A DNA stretch of 33,446 bases from Actinobacteria bacterium UBA2236 (lineage in GTDB: Bacteria; Actinomycetota; Actinomycetes; Nanopelagicales; Nanopelagicaceae), in assembly GCA_002347935.1 (NCBI GenBank), contig DDYK01000050.1, forward strand, positions 1 through 33,446. The letters run 5' to 3'. The translations under genes and the position numbers were made by a program. The notes below the pieces were generated by a model. The model searched no databases and was not told the DNA's origin. It saw only the letters and a list, made by a program, of their open reading frames with translations. Of this stretch, positions 8,327 to 16,425 are shown piece by piece (positions within the stretch are counted from its first letter, which is position 1; each line of letters opens with the position of its first letter).

Positions 8327-9105
8327 GTTTAGGTTTTTTCTCTCCAGACTCGATAACTTGGAAAGTCCACTCAGATCCTTCAATGTTAGTGGGCGGAATT
8401 AGGGCTCTGCTTGAACAAGCGCTCCATCCAGAAGCGATGGCAGGGGTAGCAGCCCATTCAAACTTCCGCGAAGATGCTTGGGGAAGGCTGGAGAGAACCG
8501 GAGATTATGTTGCAACTATTACCTTCTCTAGCAAAGAAAAGGCTGAGAGGTTGGCCGCCAGAGTCAGAGGTATTCATGAGAAGTTAAAACTTGACGATCA
8601 AAGGCTTCTGCTCTGGGTCCATATGGCGATGGTTGATTCGTTTTTAGATACAGCGCTTCGATCTGGGCTTGCATTAAGCGAAAGGGAGCGCGATCAGTAT
8701 CTAGAGGAGATGGTGATTTTTGCTCGCCTAGTTGGTATTGATGAAGAGAGAGTGCCAAGAAGTGTTGCTCAATTAAATAAATACTTTATAGATATTAAGA
8801 ATGAGCTATATGCCAGCGATGATGCCAAACGAGCTGCCTTATTTATTGCCCTTCCCCCACTTCCACCACTTCTTCGCTTTGGAACTCCAATTGCTCCACT
8901 CTGGGGAGGCGTAACCGCATTAGCAGGAGCCTGCCTTCCTAAATGGGCTAAGTCTTTATATGGCTGGCCAACTCTTCCTGGGCAAGATATCGCTACAAAT
9001 GTCGCTCTTAGATCTTTGCGAAGCGCTCTTTTATTAGTTCCTGAGGGATTAAGACAAACACCTGAAATGAAATTTGCATTTGCTCAAGTTGGCGAAGAAA
9101 AATGA
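8323..9105 (+). CDS. oxygenase MpaB-family / DUF2236 protein
   Basis: SITWKVHSDPSMLVGGIRALLEQALHPEAMAGVAAHSNFREDAWGRLERT matches the DUF2236 N-terminal signature as I recall it. ATGA overlap upstream. Confidence 0.75.
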   Translation: MSLGFFSPDSITWKVHSDPSMLVGGIRALLEQALHPEAMAGVAAHSNFREDAWGRLERTGDYVATITFSSKEKAERLAARVRGIHEKLKLDDQRLLLWVHMAMVDSFLDTALRSGLALSERERDQYLEEMVIFARLVGIDEERVPRSVAQLNKYFIDIKNELYASDDAKRAALFIALPPLPPLLRFGTPIAPLWGGVTALAGACLPKWAKSLYGWPTLPGQDIATNVALRSLRSALLLVPEGLRQTPEMKFAFAQVGEEK

Positions 9106-9812
9106 AGACTTTAGTAGTTGCCAATAGCGCAGGTGGAGTGGGAAAAAGCACCTCTGCTCATTGCATAGCAGTAGCTGCAAGTGAATATGGCAAAAAGGTT
9201 TTGGTAATAGATGCAGATCCGGCAGCCGGAATAACTTTTGCTTGCGGTATTGAAAATCCTAGAGTGAGCACAAAAGAGTTCTTATCTGGCCAGTTCTCAC
9301 TTGAGGCCGCAATAATTAAAAGCGGGGAGCGATTCTCAATCATTGCCTCATCTAGTCGCCTACTTGCTTTAGACATTGATCATGCCATCACGGCCAAGAA
9401 ACTAGTTGAGCTTCTAAATGGCTTTGACTTAGTGATAATTGATACCCCAACAGGAGTCTCAAGAATCACAAACTACTTTATGGCAATTGCTGATCTAATT
9501 CTGATTAGTAGTACAACGGAGATTCTCTCTCTTAGAGGAGCGCTAAATAGTAAAGATTATGCCGAGGGCGCGGGCTATGGCGGAGAACTACTGCTTTTAA
9601 TAACAAAGACTGAGCAAGCACTTGATAATGAGTTTAAGTCATTAATTGGTGATGATTTTAAGCTAATTGAACCGACAATTCGCTTTTCTTTGCAAGTTTC
9701 TACCGCTCAGAGCCAGGCTATGAGCATTTTAACTCTAGATGCAAAAAGTGAAGTTGCTGCCGATTACCGCGAAGTTACTTATTCAATATTGGAAAAATTA
9801 GAACTTATTTAA
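9102..9812 (+). CDS. orphan ParA/MinD-family P-loop ATPase (Rv3213c-like) lacking the signature lysine
   Basis: Walker A region NSAGGVGKST, A' VLVIDADP, Walker B LVIIDTP. ATGA overlap with the MpaB gene. Confidence 0.85.
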   Translation: MKTLVVANSAGGVGKSTSAHCIAVAASEYGKKVLVIDADPAAGITFACGIENPRVSTKEFLSGQFSLEAAIIKSGERFSIIASSSRLLALDIDHAITAKKLVELLNGFDLVIIDTPTGVSRITNYFMAIADLILISSTTEILSLRGALNSKDYAEGAGYGGELLLLITKTEQALDNEFKSLIGDDFKLIEPTIRFSLQVSTAQSQAMSILTLDAKSEVAADYREVTYSILEKLELI

Positions 9813-9813
9813 T

Positions 9814-10077
9814 TTAAGCGCCAGCAAATCCAACTCGACGTTCAGCAATATCGCCAATCTCAATTGAACCAATTTTTCCTGCAGGAACTACAAACTTGCG
9901 ACCCCTGATATCAGTTAGTACAAGTGGGGCTGCAGAAGTCAGCGCCTTATTGACTAGTTCTAGTACTTCATCACGATCAAGAGAAGTCTCTATGGTTAAC
10001 TCACGAAGCTGGTCAGCTACTGAGATGCGAACTTCTGATTTTGCAGATTCTGACTTTCCGCTCTTCTTTGTACTCAT
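9814..10077 (-). CDS. DUF3107-family protein (TB9.4-like)
   Basis: VRISVADQLRELTIET...LVLTDIRGRKFVVPAGKIGSIEIGDIAERRVGF fits the DUF3107 pattern. It lies next to a TetR gene and a ParA-like gene, as in mycobacteria. Confidence 0.75.
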   Translation of the reverse strand: MSTKKSGKSESAKSEVRISVADQLRELTIETSLDRDEVLELVNKALTSAAPLVLTDIRGRKFVVPAGKIGSIEIGDIAERRVGFAGA

Positions 10078-10132
10078 AGCCCCATCTTAAAGAGTTTTAC
10101 CAGATTTTGCCTCTTCATATCTCTCAAGGTCT

Positions 10133-10759
10133 CTAGCCCTGTAAAGGAAAGCCAGAGATTCCTCGCCAAAGAAGATTAGTCACTAGTGAGGTTGCTTCTG
10201 AGCGATTAATTTTTCCGTCCCTTTCAAGCCAATGGCGAGCCGTTATTTGAGCGCAACCGATTAATCCAATTGCAAGCACCATCGACTCTTCTTTTGGAAA
10301 TCCAGTATCTAGTGAAATTACCGCGCTAACTGCTACTGCGCATTCATAGGTCATGCGATCAAGTCTCTGCCTTACTTGAGGCTCGGCGCTCATATCACTT
10401 TCAAATAGCAATCGAAATGCTCCGCCCTCATCATCAATGAATTCAAAATACGCAACTACTGTGGCTTTGACTCGATTTTTATTTTCTTTATTTGAGGCAA
10501 TCGCCTTCTGAATAGCAAATACGAGAGAGTCAATATGAACATCAAGAAGGGCGAGATAAAGATCTAGTTTTGAGGGAAAGTGCTGATATAACACGGGCTT
10601 ACTAACTCCGGCTCGATCTGCGATTTCATCCATAGCAGCTGCGTGATAGCCCGAGACAGTAAAGACCTCTAGGGCGGCGCTTAGCAGCAGAGCGCGTCTC
10701 TCGTCGCGTGGAAGGCGAACTCGATTATCAACTTTCTCGCTATTGCTCATCGGTGTCAT
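10133..10759 (-). CDS. TetR-family transcriptional regulator
   Basis: N-terminal HTH: RRALLLSAALEVFTVSGYHAAAMDEIADRAGVSKPVLYQHFPSK. An alternative ATG is at 10750. Confidence 0.85.
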   Translation of the reverse strand: MTPMSNSEKVDNRVRLPRDERRALLLSAALEVFTVSGYHAAAMDEIADRAGVSKPVLYQHFPSKLDLYLALLDVHIDSLVFAIQKAIASNKENKNRVKATVVAYFEFIDDEGGAFRLLFESDMSAEPQVRQRLDRMTYECAVAVSAVISLDTGFPKEESMVLAIGLIGCAQITARHWLERDGKINRSEATSLVTNLLWRGISGFPLQG

Positions 10760-10815
10760 GGTACGAGGTTTGGCAAGATTTCACTAATAGAACTCGTGTA
10801 GCCTTCCGAACCAAG

Positions 10816-11679
10816 ATGAGAAAACCACGCCTACTTTTAGTTCACGCCCATCCAGATGATGAGACTATAAACAACGGCGTAACCATGGCTAAGTATGTTG
10901 CTATGGGTTATGGCGTAACTCTTGTTACTTGCACCAGAGGCGAAGAGGGTGAAATTTTAGTTCCAGAGCTCCAACATCTTGCAAGTGGAAAAGAAGATGG
11001 CCTTGGTCCTATTCGCGAAGTTGAGTTAGCAAATGCTATGAAAGTTTTGGGAGTAGTGGATCACCGCTTCCTCGGTTCTTCAAAAAAGTCTTGGCGCGAT
11101 AGTGGAATGATGGGCTCAGAGCCAAATTCAAGGGCGGATAATTTCTGGAGCGCAGACGTAGAAGATGCCGCGGAATCTCTAGTTGAGGTAATACTTGAGA
11201 TAAAACCTGATGTGATGGTTACCTATGATGAAATTGGTGGCTATGGGCATCCGGATCATATTCAGGCCCATAGAGTTGCAATGCGAGGTAGTGAAATTGC
11301 AGCCGAGCGTGGTTGGCAGATTCAAAAAATCTATTGGAACACAATTCCTATCTCGATTATTGAGCAGGGAATTGAAGCAATGAAGGGTAGTGGAAGTGAT
11401 TTCTGGGGAGTAGAGAAGGCAGAAGATTTTCCATTTGCTCAACCAGATGATTTAGTAACAACGGTAATCGATGGCCAAGATTTTGTAGATAAGAAGATGG
11501 AGGCGATGAGAGCACATCCGACTCAAATTGCAGTGGATGGACCGTTCTTTGCACTCTCCGATAATTTGGGGTTTAAAGTTTGGGGACAAGAGTTTTATCG
11601 CTTGGTTTATGGCAAAGCTAGTCCTCCATTTAACCAAGAGGGACGGGAGACTGATCTGTTTTCAGGAATTCAGCTATGA
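10816..11679 (+). CDS. mshB: LmbE/PIG-L-family deacetylase, MshB-like (GlcNAc-Ins deacetylase; the Mca paralogue is not excluded)
   Basis: LLLVHAHPDDET zinc motif, GGYGHPDHI and a C-terminal ETDLFSGI, all closely paralleling M. tuberculosis MshB. It is followed by a small membrane protein and, further on, fdxA-dapC, as at Rv1170-Rv1178. I chose the ATG at 10816 (MRKPRLLLVHAHPDD). Confidence 0.75.
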   Translation: MRKPRLLLVHAHPDDETINNGVTMAKYVAMGYGVTLVTCTRGEEGEILVPELQHLASGKEDGLGPIREVELANAMKVLGVVDHRFLGSSKKSWRDSGMMGSEPNSRADNFWSADVEDAAESLVEVILEIKPDVMVTYDEIGGYGHPDHIQAHRVAMRGSEIAAERGWQIQKIYWNTIPISIIEQGIEAMKGSGSDFWGVEKAEDFPFAQPDDLVTTVIDGQDFVDKKMEAMRAHPTQIAVDGPFFALSDNLGFKVWGQEFYRLVYGKASPPFNQEGRETDLFSGIQL

Positions 11680-11987
11680 AAACTCTACTGAACCTGCTTT
11701 TTGGTGCGCTTGTTGGAGTTTCTGGAACTTTTCTACATAATGCCTATAAACCTTTTGGACTACTTGTCTCATTAATAGCTCTTTTTCTAGGTCTTCGTTT
11801 GGTTAGAAATATGTATCTCTCCAAGCTATCACTTGCCCTTTTTGCGATTGGTTGGCTTTTTATAATTGTTAGAGCTTCAACTCTTGGCAATGGCGGAGAG
11901 GTTCTAATTGAAGCCAATGCCTATGGCAATATCTTGGTATTTGGGGGAGCAGCGCTAATCTCTTGGAGATTACTAGCGAGAATTTAA
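11676..11987 (+). CDS. small integral membrane protein (Rv1171/DUF6113-like by position)
   Basis: 103 aa with 3-4 hydrophobic helices. ATGA overlap with mshB. The assignment rests mainly on position. Confidence 0.6.
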   Translation: MKTLLNLLFGALVGVSGTFLHNAYKPFGLLVSLIALFLGLRLVRNMYLSKLSLALFAIGWLFIIVRASTLGNGGEVLIEANAYGNILVFGGAALISWRLLARI

Positions 11988-11990
11988 GTT

Positions 11991-13442
11991 TTAACTCCTC
12001 CAGCTCCAGCTCTGTCCAGATGGCAAGTCACTCACAGAAATACCCAGCAATAAAAGTTGATCTCTTATCTGATCACTTAAGGCAAAGTCTTTGCTCGCCC
12101 TCGCGCTCTGTCTCGCCTCTAATAATACTTTAGCTGCATCCGGCAGCTCTTTTGTCGGCATTTGCTCAAGTAGTTTTAGAGCAAGAAGTGGTTCAAGCTC
12201 TTCTAATATCGCTGCCTTCTGCCCATCTGAAAAACTAACATCCTTTTCAAGAGATCGGAGCTTGAGCATCACTTGAGGGGTATCTAAATCTGCTTGGAAG
12301 TGAGCAAGAATTGCTAGGACAAAGGAGCTAGCTGCATCTGAATAGTCCTTGGGAGACAATTTCCAGATTTGATACTTTGCTCTCAAGCGCTGCAGAGTTG
12401 CATGGGCAGCACTTATCGAGCTCCAAGATAAATCCATCTGAGAGCGATAACGATTTTCAAGGAAGCAGAATCGCAGTGATAGTGGGTCAAATCCACGCGA
12501 GATTACATCAGAGAGTAGAACTACATTTTCAGAACTCTTTGACATCTTTCTTCCTTCAAACAAGAGATGCTCGCCGTGAAGCCAGGCGCTAACTGCTTCA
12601 CCTTTCACTAGAGGATTTGACTGGGCTCTCTCGTTTTCATGATGAGGGAATCGAAGATCAATGCCGCCGATATGTAGATCGACATGTCCTTGCAGGTAAT
12701 GAAGCGACATTGCAGAACATTCAATATGCCAGCCAGGAAATCCTGGGCCGTAAGGTGTCTGCCAAATCATCTCACTGCGATTTCCAGCAGCTTTCCAAAG
12801 GGCCCAATCTGCATGAAATCTCTTTGCTCCTGCTTCAACAAATTCATAGCGATGACCAGGTTTGAGCGCATCTAAGCGATTTCCACTTAATTGGCCATAA
12901 CTATCAAAGCCAGCACTATCAAAATAGATTGAGGAGTCATCTCCTTGATAGGCAAGTTTTAATTCCATCAACTTCTCAATATGGGCCAGCATCATATCGA
13001 TGCACTCACTAGCCCTCGGATATTTATCAGCGGGAAGGATATTTAAACCCGCGAGGTCTTTATGAAACTTCTCTTCATACTCTCTTGCAACGGAATAAGG
13101 ATCGCGTTTTTCAAGTTTTGATTGAGCCAAAATTTTATCTTCATCAAAGTCTTCACTCATATGGCCAACATCAGTAATGTTCTGCACCACTTTGACTTTT
13201 ATGCCAGAAAACTCCAAGGTTCTACGGACTAAGTCGCCAAGTAAGAAAGTCCTTAGATTGCCAACGTGAGCATCGCGATAGACCGTTGGTCCGCAGCAGT
13301 AGATTCTCACCGCTTGGCCATCGCTGGCAGTAATCGGCAGCAATTTTCGCTCTAAAGTGTCATAGATATGTAGACCATTAATTGGTGTTGGCTCGCGCTT
13401 CACCCCCTTATTTTGTAGGATGAGGTCCTGCAATGTAAGCAT
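11991..13442 (-). CDS. cysS: cysteine--tRNA ligase
   Basis: Class I motifs CGPTVYRDAHVGN (HIGH variant, as in HIGN of Bacillus CysS) and KMSKS. GWHIECSAM, FPHHENERAQS and a CysRS-type C-terminal tail (LLEARQSARASKDFALSDQIRDQL). There are about 20 extra N-terminal residues, so the start is uncertain. Confidence 0.85.
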   Translation of the reverse strand: MLTLQDLILQNKGVKREPTPINGLHIYDTLERKLLPITASDGQAVRIYCCGPTVYRDAHVGNLRTFLLGDLVRRTLEFSGIKVKVVQNITDVGHMSEDFDEDKILAQSKLEKRDPYSVAREYEEKFHKDLAGLNILPADKYPRASECIDMMLAHIEKLMELKLAYQGDDSSIYFDSAGFDSYGQLSGNRLDALKPGHRYEFVEAGAKRFHADWALWKAAGNRSEMIWQTPYGPGFPGWHIECSAMSLHYLQGHVDLHIGGIDLRFPHHENERAQSNPLVKGEAVSAWLHGEHLLFEGRKMSKSSENVVLLSDVISRGFDPLSLRFCFLENRYRSQMDLSWSSISAAHATLQRLRAKYQIWKLSPKDYSDAASSFVLAILAHFQADLDTPQVMLKLRSLEKDVSFSDGQKAAILEELEPLLALKLLEQMPTKELPDAAKVLLEARQSARASKDFALSDQIRDQLLLLGISVSDLPSGQSWSWRS

Positions 13443-13498
13443 CGCTTATGCCAATTCGGTGTTTATATCTTCGAGTTCTCCTCTGAAAGGAGTTTCAG

Positions 13499-13825
13499 GT
13501 GACATACATCATCGCCCTTCCTTGTGTAGATGTAATGGATAAGTCATGTATTGAAGAGTGCCCGGTTGATTGCATTTATGAGGGCGATCGAATGATGTAT
13601 ATCCAACCTGATGAGTGTGTGGATTGTGGGGCATGTGAACCAGTTTGCCCAGTTGAGGCGATTTATTATGAAGATGATGTTCCAGCCCAATACAGCGAAT
13701 ACACGGCAGTTAACGCCGAATTCTTTGACGAGCTAGGTTCACCAGGCGGAGCAGCAAAAGTTGGAAAAGTTGGGAAGGATCATCCAATCCTTCTGCAGAT
13801 TCAAAAGAAACCTGCAGGCGAGTAA
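13499..13825 (+). CDS. fdxA: 7Fe ferredoxin (3Fe-4S plus 4Fe-4S)
   Basis: CVDVMDKSCIEECPVDCIY and CVDCGACEPVCPVEAI cluster motifs. GTG start with GAAAGGAG 7 nt upstream. Confidence 0.9.
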   Translation: MTYIIALPCVDVMDKSCIEECPVDCIYEGDRMMYIQPDECVDCGACEPVCPVEAIYYEDDVPAQYSEYTAVNAEFFDELGSPGGAAKVGKVGKDHPILLQIQKKPAGE

Positions 13826-13835
13826 GTAGGCCAAG

Positions 13836-14915
13836 ATAAAACTCCCTGATTTTCCTTGGGATGCCCTTGCGCCATATGGGCAAAAAGCTCGAGCCCATAG
13901 CCAGGGATTCATTGATCTATCTCAGGGCACTCCCGTAGATCCCACCCCGGATTTCATTCAAGAAGAACTTAAATCAAGTAGTAATTCACCAAGCTATCCA
14001 TTAACCACTGGAAGCGCTTCGCTGCGAGAGGCGCTTAAGGGATATTGCGTTGACACCCTTGGCGCAAGTGGCGACTTTGATGTTTTGCCAACGCTTGGCT
14101 CAAAAGAATTGGTAGCACTATTGGCATATCTCTTGGAGGCTAAATCAGTTTTAATTCCAGAAATTGCCTACCCGACTTATAAAGTTGGTGCGCTACTTGC
14201 TAAGGCTGAAGTAATTGAAGTGGGAATTGATGCCCATACTTGGCCTGATAGAGCAGATCTTGCTTGGATTAATTCACCATCAAATCCAACTGGTCGAGTT
14301 CATAGCAAAGCTGAGTTAGAGGCCGCGCTTACCTGGGTGAGAAAATCTGGTGCAACCTTGGCAAGCGATGAGTGTTATCTGCCCTTCACTAATGGAATTC
14401 AAGCTCACTCAATTTTGGAGATAGCTAACGGAGACAACAGATCAATATTGGCCCTTCATTCCCTCTCAAAGCGATCAAATATGGCTGGTTATCGCGGAGC
14501 ATTTGTTGCTGGCGATTCTAAGTTGATTGCTCGATTACTTGAGATAAGAAAACATATGGGGATGATGCTTGCCTTGCCAATTCAAAACTCGATGGCAATC
14601 GCTCTATCAGATCATAGCCATGTTGAAATGCAAGCTGGAAAATATCAGACCAGGCGAGTAGTGCTAGCCAAAGCGCTAATTGAAGCAGGATTTAAAATTG
14701 AGTTTTCCGAGGCCGGGCTTTATATCTGGTGTAGTAGAGATGAAAGTGATTGGCAGAGCGTGGCTTGGTTTGCAGATTTAGGAATTCTTGTTACTCCAGG
14801 CAGCTTTTATGGAGTTAAAGGGGATCGATTTGTTCGTATCGCCTTAACTGCTAGCGATGAGAATATTTCCTGTGCAGCTTCTCGCATTTTTGAGGCAATA
14901 AAGCATGATAAATAA
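13836..14915 (+). CDS. dapC: succinyldiaminopimelate aminotransferase (DapC, Rv1178-like); start codon non-canonical or unresolved
   Basis: The ORF track gives only 14085-14915. The same frame is open back to 13830 and encodes LPDFPWDALAPYGQKARAHSQGFIDLSQGTPVDP, which aligns with the DapC N-terminus (LPVFPWDTLA...DLSVGTPVDP in M. tuberculosis, from memory). PLP-lysine context SLSKRSNMAGYR. ATA at 13836 is the only near-cognate start. Confidence 0.8.
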   Translation: MKLPDFPWDALAPYGQKARAHSQGFIDLSQGTPVDPTPDFIQEELKSSSNSPSYPLTTGSASLREALKGYCVDTLGASGDFDVLPTLGSKELVALLAYLLEAKSVLIPEIAYPTYKVGALLAKAEVIEVGIDAHTWPDRADLAWINSPSNPTGRVHSKAELEAALTWVRKSGATLASDECYLPFTNGIQAHSILEIANGDNRSILALHSLSKRSNMAGYRGAFVAGDSKLIARLLEIRKHMGMMLALPIQNSMAIALSDHSHVEMQAGKYQTRRVVLAKALIEAGFKIEFSEAGLYIWCSRDESDWQSVAWFADLGILVTPGSFYGVKGDRFVRIALTASDENISCAASRIFEAIKHDK

Positions 14916-15882
14916 GGCAATCTTGCTCGTTGGTGGCAAAGGAACTCGCCTGGCAGAGTTAACAAAAAACACTCCTAAACCGATGCTAAAAGTAGCAGGG
15001 GCTCCAGTTACGCAGCATCAAATTGCTAGAGCCCAAGCAGCTGGAATAACTGAAATAGTCTTAGCAACTTCATATCTAGCTGAGGTTTTCGAGCCTTACT
15101 TTGGTGATGGCTCTAAATTTGGCATCTCAATTAAGTATGCAATTGAGGAGCAACCTTTAGGAACTGGCGGCGCAATTGCAAACGCTGCTAAGTGTTTAAA
15201 GCTAGCAGGCGATGAATCTGTTTTTATCTTTAATGGCGATGTTCTAAGCGGTCATGATTTAAAGGCTCAGGCGGAGTTTCATGAAAGTAAGGGGGCAGAT
15301 GTGACTCTGCACTTAGTAAGAGTGGAGGATGCTCGCGCCTATGGCTGTGTTCCACTGGATGTAGATGGCAAAGTTTTGGAATTTCTCGAAAAGATGGATC
15401 AGCCCAAGGTAAATACTATTAATGCTGGTTGTTACATATTTAACAAGAGCGCAATTGAGCAGATCAGCCCAGATGCCATAGTAAGTGTTGAGCGGCAGAC
15501 CTTCCCAGATCTTTTGGCGAGAAAAGGCGCCCTATATGGATATATTGATGACTCTTATTGGATTGATATGGGAACCCCAGAGTCATATATTAAAGCTTCA
15601 AGAGATTTGATTTTAAACTCTGAGATCTCACCTGCTACTAGGGGAGTAAGAGGAGGAGCGTTAATCGCTAGCGATGCAGGAATAGATGCCACAGCTGTGA
15701 TTTCCGATGGCTCTGTTATTGAATCTGGAGCAGTAATTGGAGCGCGTTGCCAAATCAAAGGCTCAATTGTTTCAACAGGGGTAAGTATTGGCGCTGATTC
15801 AATAATTGATAATTGCTATATCGCACCTAATGTTTCAATTGCAAGTAATGAAAAAATATTTGCGAAAATAATCAGTGATTAG
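14905..15882 (+). CDS. sugar-1-phosphate nucleotidyltransferase, mannose-1-phosphate guanylyltransferase-like (Rv3264c-like), with C-terminal left-handed beta-helix
   Basis: LVGGKGTRLAELTKNTPKPML nucleotide-binding loop and EEQPLGTGGAI. Hexapeptide repeats at the C-terminus. 11-nt overlap with dapC. Confidence 0.8.
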   Translation: MINKAILLVGGKGTRLAELTKNTPKPMLKVAGAPVTQHQIARAQAAGITEIVLATSYLAEVFEPYFGDGSKFGISIKYAIEEQPLGTGGAIANAAKCLKLAGDESVFIFNGDVLSGHDLKAQAEFHESKGADVTLHLVRVEDARAYGCVPLDVDGKVLEFLEKMDQPKVNTINAGCYIFNKSAIEQISPDAIVSVERQTFPDLLARKGALYGYIDDSYWIDMGTPESYIKASRDLILNSEISPATRGVRGGALIASDAGIDATAVISDGSVIESGAVIGARCQIKGSIVSTGVSIGADSIIDNCYIAPNVSIASNEKIFAKIISD

Positions 15883-15959
15883 CCTGCATTTGCCCCAAAA
15901 TTGAGGGAAAAATCGACAAATTGGGGATTAATTTCTACCCAAAAAAACTTGCCATCAAC

Positions 15960-15988
15960 TTGACACATTCGAATAACAAGCGTGTAAT
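15960..15988 (+). promoter_or_regulatory. putative sigma-70-type promoter for whiB (TTGACA-N17-TGTAAT)
   Basis: TTGACA at 15960-15965, a 17-nt spacer, then TGTAAT at 15983-15988. An A7 run at 15941-15947 sits in an UP-element-like position. Sequence match only. Confidence 0.3.
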
Positions 15989-16000
15989 TAGACCCTAGTA

Positions 16001-16031
16001 GGCCCACCATCAGGCGTGGGCCCTGTTTTTT
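16001..16031 (+). terminator. intrinsic-terminator-like hairpin with T6 tract
   Basis: GGCCCAC (16001-16007) pairs perfectly with GTGGGCC (16016-16022) across an 8-nt loop. It is followed by CTG and TTTTTT (16026-16031). This is the only such structure I found in the window. Confidence 0.5.
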
Positions 16032-16044
16032 AGGGGTATAACTG

Positions 16045-16338
16045 ATGACTGATGCTCGTCGAATAGAGCAGACTTTCATTCCTGGTCCAAGTATCCAATT
16101 GGGAAATGGCGAGATCGTTGAGCTGTCGTGGCAAGAGCGAGCGTTATGTGCCCAAACTGATCCCGAAGCTTTCTTCCCTGAAAAAGGTGGTTCAACCCGT
16201 GAGGCTAAGCGAGTTTGTCTCTCCTGTGAGGTGCGACAAGAGTGCCTTGAATACGCTCTCGCCCATGATGAGCGCTTTGGTATCTGGGGCGGACTTTCAG
16301 AGCGCGAACGTCGTCGCCTCAAGCGCCGTCCAGCTTAA
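16045..16338 (+). CDS. whiB: WhiB-family Fe-S transcription factor (WhiB/WhiB2/WhmD orthologue)
   Basis: ELSWQERALCAQTDPEAFFPEKGGSTREAKRVCLSCEVRQECLEYALAHDERFGIWGGLSERERRRLKR is almost identical to Streptomyces WhiB over the four-Cys core and the GIWGG turn. Confidence 0.9.
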   Translation: MTDARRIEQTFIPGPSIQLGNGEIVELSWQERALCAQTDPEAFFPEKGGSTREAKRVCLSCEVRQECLEYALAHDERFGIWGGLSERERRRLKRRPA

Positions 16339-16425
16339 ATTAATTAGTTTTAGGAAAACTAAGTTATTCACCAACAGGGCCAAGGAAAACCGGTCTCAGC
16401 TTTTATTTAAACAAGGGGCGGTGTA

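Noticed and set aside
11991-13442. Calling the CysS-like gene next to mshB the mycothiol ligase MshC.
   Set aside because: It has FPHHENE (CysRS-type) rather than the MshC-type HHE[YF]S. It also retains a full-length C-terminal CysRS tail (LLEARQSARASKDFALSDQIRDQL). At about 480 aa its length fits CysRS, not the roughly 410 aa of MshC.
13820-13841. A fused FdxA-DapC product made by +1 frameshifting or read-through at the fdxA stop.
   Set aside because: A +1 shift from the fdxA frame enters the dapC frame upstream of TAG at 13827-13829 and would terminate at once. Read-through of TAA stays in the wrong frame.
15879-16322. A 147-aa Arg/Ser-rich ORF on the minus strand, and a 106-aa plus-strand ORF at 16106-16426, both overlapping whiB.
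   Set aside because: Both are shadow frames of the strongly conserved whiB gene. Their composition is low-complexity, with no recognisable motifs and no RBS. The minus-strand ORF would also run through the promoter and terminator region.
16344-16362. The hairpin TTAGTTTT-agg-AAAACTAA just after the whiB stop.
   Set aside because: The 8-bp stem is almost entirely A/T, with a 3-nt loop and no T-tract. Predicted stability is too low to call it a terminator or regulatory element.
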